NCBI GenBank assembly: GCA_030390025.1
Contig: CM059432.1
Span: 4,650,001-4,714,000, forward strand
Reading direction: 5' to 3'
DNA length: 64,000 nucleotides
Source of the DNA: Squalus acanthias
Lineage: Eukaryota
Part shown: positions 12,090-24,183 of the stretch, piece after piece
Layout of the letters: each line of letters begins with the position of its first letter
Position numbering within the stretch: the stretch's first letter is position 1
Program-made: the position numbers and the translations under genes
Notes under the pieces: generated by a model
Told to the model about the DNA's origin: nothing
The model's input: only the letters and a program-made list of their open reading frames with translations
The model's database searches: none

Positions 12090-12866
12090 CAAAGAGCAAG
12101 TTATTATCTAAATGGAAAGAAACTGCAAAGTGCTACAGTACAAAGGGATCTGGGGGTCCTGGTGCATGAAACACAGAAGGTTAGTATGCAGGTACAGCAG
12201 GTGATCAGGAAGGCCAATGGAATCTTGGCTTTTATTGCAAGGGGGATGGAGTATAAAAGCAGGGAAGTCTTGCTTCAGCTATACAGGGCCACACCTGGAG
12301 TACTGCGTACAGTTTTGGTTTCCATATTTAAGAAAAGATATACTTGCTGTGGAGGCAGTTCAGAGAAGGTTCACTCGGTTGATTCCGGAGATGAAGAGGT
12401 TGACTTATGAGGAAAGGTTGAGTAGGTTGGGCCTCTACTCATTGGAATACAGAAGAATGAGAGGCGATCTTATCGAAACATATAAGATTGTGAGGGGGCT
12501 TGATCGGGTGGAGGCGGGGAGGATGTTTCCACTGATGGGTGAGACTAGAACTAGGGGGCATAATCTTAGAATAAGGGGCTGCCGTTTCAAAACTGAGATG
12601 AGGAGAAACTTCTTCACTCAGAGGGTAGTAAATCTGTGGAATTTGCTACCTCAGAGAGCTGTGGAAGCTGCGACATTAAATAAATTTAAAACGGAGATAG
12701 ACAGTTTCCTAGCTGATAAGGGAATTAAGGGTTATGGGGAGCAGGCAGGAAAGTGGACATGAGTCTAGGTTCGGATCAGCCATGATCCTATTGAATGGCG
12801 GAGCAGGCTCGAGGGGTCGTATGGCCGACTCCTGCTCCTACTTCTTATGTTCTTATGTTCTTATGT
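12090..12866 (+). mobile_element. CR1 5'-truncated copy inserted in pol
   Basis: PHLEYCVQFW, RRNFFTQRVVNLWN, tail (TTCTTATG)n. Confidence 0.9.
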
Positions 12867-12887
12867 TGTATGGATTCGGGAGCAGCT

Positions 12888-15800
12888 ACCCTACCTCCCG
12901 GATTTCTCCAGATTCGGTCATCTCCTTCTTTCGCCCCTGATTTATACAACAAGGCCTTTTCTTCCTTTGTGGCTTCTTGATGTAATTTATGCACATTCAC
13001 TTCCTCAGGTCCTATGGCACTTATAGCTACATTCACTTGGTTTACCTCTTCTGGCTTTAAGTCTTGCTCCACTACCTGGTTTGCTGTTTCGTCTGCCCAC
13101 TGGTTCCCCAGCTGTTCTGGGCTGTCTGCTTTACGGTGAGCATTTATTTTGGTTACTGCAGCTTGGCTTGGCTTCTTGGCAGCTTCTACCAAGTCCCTAA
13201 TCCTATTTCATGCTGTATGGGTGTTCCCCCTGAAGTTACATATCCTCTTCTACTCCACGCCGTCATATAGTCATGCACTACACCAAAGGCGTAACAACTG
13301 TCTGTATATATATTTACTCTCTGGTTAGCTGCCATTTCTGAAGCTCTAGTTAATGCTACTAATTCCGCTACTTGAGCTGAGTGTCCTCCATCTAATCTTC
13401 CATGGACTCTTATTTGTCCCATTTCATCTACTACTGCCCATCCAGTCCTTGGTGTCCCATCAACATATTTACGGGATCCATCCACATAAAGAGTCATATC
13501 TACTTCTGGTATAGGTTGTTCTTTAATCAAACTACTTGCCTCTTCTCCCTCTTCTGTTGCACAGATATGTTCCTCCCCTTCATGCATCATCATTGCTGCA
13601 GGGTTCCTTCCTATGTCTCGTATAATTTGTACTGACTTATCTTTTGGGATTAAAATTGCTTCCATGTTGCCCTTCGGCTATCTGATACGGCTCTCAGCTT
13701 TCCTGTATTTAGTAGCTCTACTAAAGTATGGTGGGTGTGTAAAATTATCACACCCATCAGTGTCAGTGGTTCACCAACCCTGGCTGTCCATGTTGCACAA
13801 TCTATTGCAGCGACACAGGTTGCCATTCCTGCTGCTACAGGCTCCCTCTTGGTTGAATAATAGGCGATCGGTCTCATGTAGTCACCGTGTTCTTGGGTCA
13901 CTACAGCTGTATAATGTCCCCCTTCATTATGACAGTGGAGGTGAAATGGTTGACTGTGGTCTGGCAGACCCAGTCCTGGGGCAGAGATTAATGCTCGTTT
14001 TAATTCCCTAAATGCTTGTTCGTGTTTACTTTCCCAATTAACAGGTTCATCTGATGCCCTCCCCACCTTTGATCAACTCGTACAAAGGCTCCGCCTTTTG
14101 GGAGAAGTTGTCAATAAAATTCCTACAGTAATTAAACAATCCCATCACCTTTCTGACCCCTCTAACGGTGGTGGGTCGGCACATTTCCATAATGGCCTTT
14201 TTCCTGTCCACTGGCATTTCTCTCTTTCCTTCTGAGATTGTATACCCCAAAATAGGCTGCCTCTTTCTTCCCTATTTGTGCCTTCTTGGGGTTTACTTTC
14301 AGTCCTGCATCTTGCAGCGCCTCAAATACCCTTATCAGTGCCTGCACATGTCCTGCTGGCGTTTCTGAGGCTATTAGTATGTCATCTACATACTGCAGGA
14401 GGGTACTCTTATTTTGGTTCAATCTACTTCCTCCAAGGCCTCTGCCATTGCCTTGTGAAATATTGCTGGACTATTATGAAAGCCCTGAGGCAATCGTGTC
14501 CAGGTATACTGCTGATTCCCCACTGTAAAAGCAAATTTGTCCTGTGACTCTTGTTGCAATGGTATCGACCCTACCTCCCGGATTTCTCCAGATTCGGTCA
14601 TCTCCTTCTTTCGCCCCTGATTTATACAACAAGGCCTTTTCTTCCTTTGTGGCTTCTTGATGTAATTTATGCACATTCACTTCCTCAGGTCCTATGGCAC
14701 TTATAGCTACATTCACTTGGTTTACCTCTTCTGGCTTTAAGTCTTGCTCCACTACCTGGTTTGCTGTTTCGTCTGCCCACTGGTTCCCCAGCTGTTCTGG
14801 GCTGTCTGCTTTACAGTGAGCATTTATTTTGGTTACTGCAGCTTGGCTTGGTTTCTTGGCTGCTTCTACCAAGTCCCTAATCCTATTTCATGCTGTATGG
14901 GTGTTCCCCCTGAAGTTACATATCCTCTTCTACTCCACGCCGTCATATAGTCATGCACTACACCAAAGGCGTAACAACTGTCTGTATATATATTTACTCT
15001 CTGGTTAGCTGCCATTTCTGAAGCTCTAGTTAATGCTACTAATTCCGCTACTTGAGCTGAGTGTCCTCCATCTAATCTTCCATGGACTCTTATTTGTCCC
15101 ATTTCATCTACGACTGCCCATCCAGTCCTTGGTGTCCCATCAACATATTTACGGGATCCATCCACATAAAGAGTCATATCTACTTCTGGTATAGGTTGTT
15201 CTTTAATCAAACTACTTACCTCTTCTCCCTCTTCTGTTGCACAGATATGTTCCTCCCCTTCATGCATCATCATTGCTGCAGGGTTCCTTCCTATGTCTCG
15301 TATAATTTGTACTGACTTATCTTTTGGGATTAAAATTGCTTCCCATGTTGCCCTTCGGCTATCTGATACGGCTCTCAGCTTTCCTGTATTTAGTAGCTCT
15401 ACTAAAGTATGGTGGGTGTGTAAAATTATCACACCCATCAGTGTCAGTGGTTCACCAACCCTGGCTGTCCATGTTGCACAATCTATTGCAGCGACACAGG
15501 TTGCCATTCCTGCTGCTACAGGCTCCCTCTTGGTTGAATAATAGGCGATCGGTCTCATGCGGTCACCGTGTTCTTGGGTCACTACAGCTGTATAATGTCC
15601 CCCTTCATTATGACAGTGGAGGTGAAATGGTTGACTGTGGTCTGGCAGACCCAGTCCTGGGGCAGAGATTAATGCTCGTTTTAATTCCCTAAATGCTTGT
15701 TCGTGTTTACTTTCCCAATTAACAGGTTCATCTGATGCCCTCCCCACCTTTGATCAACTCGTACAAAGGCTCCGCCTTTTGGGAGAAGTTGTCAATAAAA

Positions 15801-16239
15801 TTCCTACAGTAATTAAACAATCCCATCACCTTTCTGACCCCTCTAACGGTGGTGGGTCGGCACATTTCCATAATGGCCTTTTTCCTGTCTGCTGGCATTT
15901 CTCTCTTTCCTTCTGAGATTGTATACCCCAAAATAGGCTGCCTCTTTCTTCCCTATTTGTGCCTTCTTGGGGTTTACTTTCAGTCCTGCATCTTGCAGCG
16001 CCTCAAATACCCTTATCAGTGCCTGCACGTGTCCTGCTGGTGTTCCTGAGGTTATTAGTATGTCTGCAGGAGTGTACTCCTATTTTTGGTTCAATCTACT
16101 TCCTCCAAGGCCTCTGCCATTGCCTTGTGAAATATTGCTGGACTATTATGAAAGCCCTGAGGCAATCGTGTCCAGGTATACTGCTGATTCCCCACTGTAA
16201 AGGCAAATTTGTCCTGTGACTCTTGTTGCAATGGTATCG
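12888..16239. repeat. Tandem duplication of about 1.68 kb of pol (units 12888-14567 and 14568-16239)
   Basis: Near-identical units, paired ORFs in the track, ACC microhomology at 12888, 14568 and 16240. Confidence 0.95.
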
Positions 16240-17385
16240 ACCAATATCCGTTTGCTATGTCCAATACTGTAAATATCTTATGTTTCGGTCCCAAATCATT
16301 AAAGATAGTTGCCGGACTCGCCACTATCGGCAGCTCCGGTTTTGCCACTTTATTTAGGGCTGTATAATCAATCGTTAGCCGATATGTCCCGTCTGGCTTT
16401 TTGACTGGCCACACTGGCGAGTTGGTTGTGGTGCTAGTTTGCCGTACCACACCTTGTACCTCTAATTCTTTCACAATTCGTTTCACTGCCCTTTGAGCCT
16501 CTACCTGAATCGGATACTGTTTATGGGGTTTGTGTTCAGGTCCCGGTATATTCAATGCTTCCATTTTTACTGAGCCGCAATCATTTTTATGGGTTGCCCA
16601 TAATTTAGGGTCCTGTTGACATAGTACTCCCCAGGCTCCCTTACCTTTCCAATCGGGATCTATCAACTTTAAAGATCCTATCTGTACCACACTGTCCCCT
16701 GGCTCACCATATTTTCGGCGTGTTTCATGTTTGTCTGGCCAGATTACAGTATTCTCTTTAGGGTTGATTATTCCTCCTAATTCTCTGAGGATATCTATGC
16801 CCAAAATGGTTCCCTCGGGATTTTTACATACCCATACACATACAGGGACCATTGCATCTTTCGTTTCCAATAATACTGTTTCACTTTTATATGCTATAAG
16901 GGTTTCCCCTCCCACTCCTTGGATTTTAATACAACTATTTGTTGTTGGGAGGGGGAGGTCTGTCTGGGTCATCTCTCGGATCCCACGCCTTTTTCTCCAT
17001 TTTATTAATCATTTTATCTTTCTTTTCTGCGAAATAGCGAGTTATGGACTCTTCCGAGCCCCAATCCATTTTGGCCATTATAAAGATCGCTAGCAGGGAC
17101 TTTCCAGTTTCCATCTAGGAAGTTGTCTACTTTGTTTTGGCTGTTGATTAGTAACTCTGACTCACTCAGATACTATCTGCGTTTCGGGTTACAGTTATAC
17201 AGCTCTACATCACCTATGACACACTCAATCGCACCCTCTGCCAAGTCTGTCTATTTGTTTTGTTCGGATACCAAGTCTTACCAGAGAAAACTGTCAACAA
17301 TGATTACGGACACTAACTATGGGTGGTAATATAAATGTACTCACCCTTGATTGCCCTTCATTGTTGCCACTCTGGGTGCTTCGGT

Positions 17386-17403
17386 ATCCTGCCAACTACG
17401 CCA
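17386..17403 (-). promoter_or_regulatory. Primer-binding site, tRNA-Ser
   Basis: TGGCGTAGTTGGCAGGAT lies 3 nt inside the 5' LTR and is complementary to the vertebrate tRNA-Ser 3' end (ATCCTGCCGACTACGCCA, from memory) with one difference. Confidence 0.85.
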
Positions 17404-17406
17404 ATT

Positions 17407-17837
17407 TGTTAGAGGGGACTCCGACTTCCTCCCTCTCAGTCAAGACAGACGATGGTAGATAGGTTCACAATGATCTTTATTCAAGCATATGCAGGGGTAG
17501 ACTCTCACTTGACAGCTTCAAGTGGGACTTCGCCGATCTCTCTCATTTCATTTACTTATATACATTTGTTATTGCTTATGCAAGCTATTACAAAATATCA
17601 CGTGCGAGTCACACTATTTGTTTATGCTATCACATTGCCCATGTTAGGGGTCTCTATCCATGAGTTGCACTCCTTAGTTCCCTGGTGATTTAATCCTTTG
17701 CTCGGTGACTATTCTTTTGCACGTATATAATTAGGTTTTGACTTGTTTTTCACATTTTATCACACCACCCTCGTTAACCTCAAAAGTTCTTTATTGTTTG
17801 GTCAATCAGTAGTGTTTACTTGTTAATTACCCTTACA
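17407..17837 (-). repeat. 5' LTR of ERV-B
   Basis: Direct repeat of 6232-6662, adjacent to the PBS. Confidence 0.95.
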
Positions 17838-17848
17838 CACCCTTTAAA

Positions 17849-19790
17849 ATGAAGTTTGGAACCTGGAACATCAGGACCCTCGTGGACAACCTCAACAGTG
17901 ACAGACCGGAACTCCGTACTGCTATTGTTGCCCGGGAGCTCAGACGTTTCGACATTGACATTGCCGCCCTAAGCGGGACCCGGCGGGCAGGAGAAGGCCA
18001 GCCTAAGGGCAAGGCGGTGGCTACACTTTCTCCTGGAAAGGCAAACCTGAAGAAGAACACCGCCTCCATGGGGTAGGCATCGCCAGAAAAAATGAACTAG
18101 TTAGGCGTCTCAGAGACTCCCCTAGCGGTATAAACGAGCCACTCATGACTCTTCGGCTCACCCTAGCCCGGAACCAGTGCGCTATGATCATCAGTGCGTA
18201 CGCCCCAACACTGGAAGCCACAGACAAGACCAAAGAGGAATTCTATTCCAGCCTCGAACAATCCCTGTCCCGAGTCCCAACGGGCGACAAGCTGATCCTC
18301 CTTGGCGACTTTAACGCCAGAGTTGGAAAGGACACAGACCTCTGGGGAGGTGTGATCGGCAGAGAGGGGGTAGCGAAAGCCAACTCCAACGGTACCCTCC
18401 TCCTGATGAAATGCTTAGAACATGGCCTTGTCATAACCAACACCTTGTTCCGGCAGAGAGACAAGTACAAGGCTTCATGGCAGCACCCTCGCTCCAAGCA
18501 CTGGCATCTGCTGGACTACATCATCGTCTGAGCGAGGGACCGCAAAAACGTCCGCATCACCCGCGCCATGACAGGAGCTGACGACTGCTGGACAGACCAC
18601 CACCTAATCCGCTCTGTCATCTCCATCAATGTAGCCCCAAAACAGCGGCGGCAACAGATGCAATGCCGCAGGAAAATCAATGCTGGAGCACTCAAAGACC
18701 CTGCTAAGAAAGCCCTATTCAGCCTGCGCCTCACAACCAACCTGACGACTCCCAGTGATGCAGAGACACAGAGTGCCCACAGCGCCTGGTCTGCACTCAA
18801 GGCCTCCATAATCAGCACCTGTGAAGAGACGCTCGGTCACTCGACCAGGAAACACCAAGACTGGTTCGACGAGAATGACCAGGAGATCCAGGAGCTAATA
18901 AGCCGCAAGCGCAAGGCATTCCTGATCTGGAAACAGCAACAGAACTCGAGAGCAAGAAAGCAGCTCTACAGACGCCTGAAGGCCGAGGTCCAACAAAAAA
19001 CTCGCGACCTAAAGAACAGATGGTGGGTGGAGAAAGCGCAGGAGATCCAGCAGCTAGCCGACAACCACGGCGTGCGTGGATTCTTTAGCGCAGTCAAGAC
19101 CATCTACGGCCCAAGCACCCAAGGCTCTACCCCACTGCGGGCCAAGAACGGAGTGGTACTCATCAAGGACAGAGAGACAGTCAGTGCCTGCTGGAAGGAG
19201 CACTTCGAAGATCTCCTTAACCGCGACTCTGTCTTCGACGCGAGTGTCCTCAACTCCATCCCGCAGCATGCTACCCGCCACCATCTCAGCACAACCCCAG
19301 CCCGGCATGAGGTTGAAAAGGCCATCCGACAACTGAAGGACAAGAAGGCCTCAGGAGCAGATGGAATCCCCGCCAAGGCACTAAAGCATGGCGGAGAAGC
19401 ACTACTGGCGTGAATTCATGAACTCATTGCTCTTATCTGGAAGGAGGAGAGCATGCCAGGGGATCTCAGAGATGCCGTAATTGTGACCATCTTCAAGAAA
19501 GGTGACAAGTCCGATTGCGGTAATTACAGAGGAGTTTCCCTGCTGCCTGCCACAGGGAAAGTCATCACAATAATCCTCCTCAATCGCCTTCTCCCAGTGG
19601 CCGAAGAGCTCCTCCCAGAGTCGCAATGCGGATTCTGCCCACTAAGGGGCACAATGGACATGATCTTCACCGCGCGCCAATTACAAGAGAAATGCAGGGA
19701 ACAGCGCCAACCGCTGTACATGGCCTTCTTTGACCTCACAAAGGCCTTTGACACTGTCAACCGTGAGGGATTATGGAGTGTCCTCCTCAA
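17849..19790 (+). pseudogene. RTE LINE ORF, 5' part (APE endonuclease plus RT N-half), disrupted
   Basis: MKFGTWNIRTL, ISAYAPT, LILLGDFNARVG, WTDH, NYRGVSLL, ESQCGF, FFDLTKAFDTVNR; ends abruptly at GLWSVLL. Confidence 0.9.
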
Positions 19791-20067
19791 TTGCTATGTC
19801 CTTTTTAGAAATATGGCCACCAGAACTGTTCACAGTACTCCAAGTGTGGTCTAACCAAAGTTCGATACAGGTTTAGTATAACTTCCCTACTTTTCAATTC
19901 TATCCCTCTAGAAATAAACCCTAGTGCTTGATTTGCTTTTGTTATGGCCTTATTGACCAGCGTCGCAACTTTTAGTGATTTGTGTATTTGTATTGCCAGA
20001 TCCCTTTGCTGTTCTACCCCATTTGGATTCTTATTTTTTTAAGTAATATCTGACCTCCTTATCTTTC
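19791..20067 (-). mobile_element. CR1 fragment continuing the element at 4818-5156
   Basis: Reverse complement encodes a PHLEYCEQFW-type CR1 region. Confidence 0.7.
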
Positions 20068-20474
20068 AACAACAACAACAACATGTATTTATATAGCGCC
20101 TTTAACGTAGTAAAACGTCCCAAGGCGCTTCACAGGAGTGTTATAAGGCAAAAAAATTGACACGAGCCACAGAAGAAATTAGGGCAGATGACCAAAAGCT
20201 TGGTCAAAGAGGTAGGTTTTAAGGAGTGTCTTAAAGGAGGAGAGAGAGGTAGGGAGTCGGAGAGGTTTAGGGAGGGAATTCCAGAGCTTAGGGCCTCGAC
20301 AGCTGAAGGCACGGCCGCCAATGGTTGAGCGATTATAATCAGGGATGAACAAGAGGGCAGAATTGAAGGAGCGCAGATATCTCGGGGAGGTTGTGGGGCT
20401 GGAGGAGATTACAGAGATAGGGAGGGGCGAGGCCATGGAGGGATTTGAAAACAAGGATGAGAATTTTAAAATCA
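20068..20474 (-). mobile_element. L2-clade LINE 3' end with (TTG)n tail; resumes at about 21990-22075 and 23356-23380
   Basis: FKILILVFKSLHGLAPPYL..GPKLWNSLP..FKTLLKTYLFDQAF. Confidence 0.85.
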
Positions 20475-21988
20475 GTACAGGCCATAATCTTCCAATCCTC
20501 CTTGGATACGGGGCTGGTGCCAGAGGACTGGAGAATTGCAAATGTTACACCATTGTTCAAAAAAGGTGTAAGGATAAACCCAGCAACTACAGGCCAGTCA
20601 GTTTAACCTTGGTAGTGGGGAAGCTTTTAGAAATGATAATCCGGGACAAAATTAACAGTCACTTGAACAAGTGTGGATTAATTAAGGAAAGCCAGCATGG
20701 ATTTGTTAAAGGCAAATCGTGTTTAACTAATTTGATTGAGTTTTTTGATGAGGTAACAGAGAGGGTTGATGAGGGTAATGTGGTTGATGTGGTGTACATG
20801 GATTTCCAAAAGGCGTTTGACAAAGTGCCACATAATAGGTTTGCCAGCAAAGTTGAAGCCCATGGAATAAAAGGGACAGTGGCAGCAAGGATACGAAATT
20901 GGCTAAGTGACAGGAAACAGAGAGTATTGGTGAACGGTTGTTTGTCAGACTGGAGGAAGGTATACAGTGGTGTTTCCCCAGGGGTCGGTACGAGAACCAC
21001 TGCTTTTCTTGATATATATTAATGACTTGGACTTGGGTGTACAGGGCAAAATTTCAAAATTTGCAGGTGACACAAAACTTGGAAGTATAGTGAACAGTGA
21101 GGAGGATAGTGATGGACTTCAGGAAGACATAGACAGGCTGGTGGAATGGGCGGATACGTGGCAGATGAAATTTAACGCAGAAAAGTGTGAAGTGATACAT
21201 TTTGGTAGGAAGAATGAGGAGAGGTAATATAAACTAAAGGGTACAATTCTAAAGGGGGTGCATGAACAGAGAAACCTGGGGGTATATGTGCACAAATTGT
21301 TGAAGGTGACAGGGAAGGTTGAGAAAGTGGTTAAAAAAGCATACGGGATCCTAAGCTTCATAAATAGAGGCATAGAGTACAAAAGCAAGGAAGTTGTGAT
21401 GAACCTTTATAAAACACTGGTTCAGCCTCAACTGGAGTATTGTGTCCAGTTCTGGGCACCGCACTTTAGGAAGAATGTGAAGACCTTGGAGAGGGTGCAA
21501 AAAAAAATTACAAGAATGGTTCCAGGGATGAGGGACTTCAGTTACGTGGATAGACTGGAGAAGCTGGGATAGTTCTCCTTAGAGCAGAGAAGGTTGAGAG
21601 GAGATTTGATAGAGGTGTTCAAAATCATGAGGGGTCTGGACAGGGTAGATAGAGAGAAACTGTTCCCATTGGCGGAAAGTTCGAGAACCAGAGGACATAG
21701 ATTTAAGGTGATTGGCAGAAGAACCAAAGGCGACATGAGGAAAAACTTTTTTACGCGGCGAGTGGTTAGGATCTGGAATGCACTGCCTGAAAGGGTGGTG
21801 GAGGCAGACTCAATCGTGGCTTTCAAAAGGGAATTGGATAAGAACCTGAAGGAAAATAAATTGCAGGGCTACGGGGAAAGGGCGGGGGAGTGGGACTAGC
21901 TGAGGTGCTCTTGCAGAGAGCCGGCACGGGCTCGACGGGCCGAACGGCCTCCTTCTGTGCTGTAACCATTCTATGATTCGATGATTCT
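20475..21988 (+). mobile_element. CR1 LINE RT region and 3' UTR inserted in L2
   Basis: NYRPVSLT, SQHGFVKGKSCLTNL, DFQKAFDKVPH, PQGS, FFTRRVVRIWNALP. Confidence 0.9.
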
Positions 21989-22075
21989 AAGGTGTTGCTT
22001 AACCAGGAGCCAATGTAGGTCAGCGAGCGCAGGGGCGATGGGTGAACGGGACTTGCTGCGAGTTAGGACACTGGC

Positions 22076-23355
22076 TGTGAAGGAATAAGCAATATACCTA
22101 TTCAGAAAAATACACCATCCTATAAAAGAATTCTGACTTTATTAAAACATGACAAACTGGGCTTGAAAATCTAAAAGCCTCAACAATGGAAAAGCTGTAA
22201 ACAGCATACAGGCTTTTGAGATAAGATACGTTGTTGACACTGAATCAATAGCCTTAATGAAACAGAAGGTTAAAGGTTCCTGGAAGTCTGAAGCCTTGGA
22301 AAGAACACAATAGTATACCCTGTTAAGGTGTCTTAAACCAACACTTTGGAAAGAATCACAGAAAATTAAAGAAACATATGCCTTCATAAAAATGACATCA
22401 AATGAAAGACAGGAGACACGATTATGTGTTGCAACCAACTGAGGTAACTAAGAAGACAATGGTGCATCTGATTGAGGTGTTCTCAATGCAAAAGATACAA
22501 ACAGAAGACCTTGGTAAGAATGGCATCAAGTGGGGGAGGCACCACCTGTCACATTGTTTTTGTGTTGAACTTGAAACACCTAAAGGAGAGACACGAGTCT
22601 GCATGCTACAAGTTGATCTAACTGTAAGAATAGAAGGGGTCAACAGAAAAATGACTAGAGATAATTAGCTAACATCAGCAGAAAACTTCAAAGGATATAC
22701 CACTGAGAAAGGGTATAAAAATTGAACTTTCAAATGGGAAGATAGATTCGCTGTAAAGGGGCAAAGTGATTCTCGGCTTCAGAGGCAAGCTCTGTAAGTC
22801 TACAACTCTTCGAGTCTCAGGGATCAAGGTATTTGTATTTGATTTTGGTGGATATCCTGGAATAGACTAAGAAATGTAAAAATGTAACGAAGTTAAGATT
22901 TGAGAATAAGGATCTCTGACAATAGAATTGTAAGATTTTTGTATTTGGAACTGTTAATGTTGCGATTGAATCACCAACTGTAAATTACATGTCGGTTCTT
23001 TAATAAATCTATATATTTTTAGAATTGTCTCACATAGTACTTCTGTATCAAACTCGCAAACTTAATCTCTGTACACTGTTTGGTGAGGAGTTGCAGAATT
23101 CTGAGGGAGTTTTCCGGACCCTCATAATATCCGGAACATTACAGTCTAGCTAAACTTATTAAAAGTGCTATCTGGAGGACGGTAACATCTTCAGGCTGTT
23201 CCTTTCCTTTAGGGAGAGATAGTCTGGACCTTTAGACCCAATTAAGCGTCTTTAGGATTTGGCTACCTCAAACTTTAGTTGAAAGTGAACGTCTGGGGAA
23301 TACGCCTGATCCGGGGTAGCCCTAAAAGGGGCTAGGACTAGTAATTACCCCTTCA
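22076..23355 (+). repeat. Solo LTR, family S1
   Basis: TGTGAAGG..CCTTCA ends, near-TSD TGGC/GGGC, TATAAAA near 22714, AATAAA near 23002; homologous to 29031-30138. Confidence 0.8.
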
Positions 23356-24183
23356 GGGCAGCCGAGTTTTGGATGACCTCACTAAAATTTTCTTACTAAA
23401 ATGTAAAACCTCACACTTATCAGCTTCATTCCACTTCCCTGTTGGTCTTCCTCAAGTTCACGGCTCTGTCAGCGTGAAGTAAATCTTTGTTTCAAGGCTG
23501 TTTCCGATAAAGCTTTTTGTTTCATTCGGATCAGCAGTTATCCTGGATTCCTGTATGACGGCAAAAAGGTTACAAGCAACCATTCTTCATTCTCCCCGTT
23601 CATAACCAGCTTCAAGCAATAAAATTATATTAAGCAAATGCAAAAACACAACTTCTGACTTGGTGCGATAATGTAAAACGGGCCAAAAGCGAGTCGGCAG
23701 CCCGTTTTACATCTCACCCGATTTATATTTCCGTTGAAGTCATAGGTCAAAGCCGGCAGGACTTCTCAGTAACTCTCTCGATTGCCCAAACACCAAGTCT
23801 CCTTCCCTTCCCCTTTAAAGACTTCCCTAAAGGGACGCTGCCGGCCAGACAGAGGCCCGATATTGGAAGTCTCTTCGCCGGCAAGTTGCCAGGGGAAATG
23901 TACTTTTAATGAGGCCAGCGACCCGATCTCAAGTAAACATCAGGCCTACTCGTTCAGGCACAGGGACCGATGCTTGAGCCCCACTCACATTGGCAGGCAA
24001 TGTTCAACCCCGGAATTATTATTATACTGATGCTATCCTGGCTGGCCTCCCACCTTGCACCCTCTGTAAACTTGATCTCGTCCAAGACTCGGCTGCCCAT
24101 ATCCTAACTCGCACCAAGTCCCTTCATCCATCTCCCCCTGTGCTCGCTGACCTACGTTTACTCCCGGTCCAGCAAAGCCTCGA

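Larger units (their letters stand above)
11508..16972 (-). pseudogene. pol: Retroviral pol (partial protease, RT, tether, RNase H, integrase), disrupted and partly duplicated
   Basis: PR ILGIDIL; RT NSPVWPVKKPDG, LDIANGYWSIPL, YTWTRLPQGFHNSP, LLQYVDD; tether ISAPGLGLPD..PIAYYS; RNase H LYVDGS, SAQVAEL, IYTDS, GNQWAD; IN CVTC, LQIDFTG, DSDQG, SSGMVER. Confidence 0.95.
6232..17837 (-). mobile_element. Endogenous retrovirus ERV-B provirus (defective; lokiretrovirus-like or spuma-related by inference)
   Basis: Two 431-bp TG..CA LTRs, 5-bp TSD CACCC (6227-6231 and 17838-17842), PBS, PPT, pol and env remnants. Confidence 0.95.
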
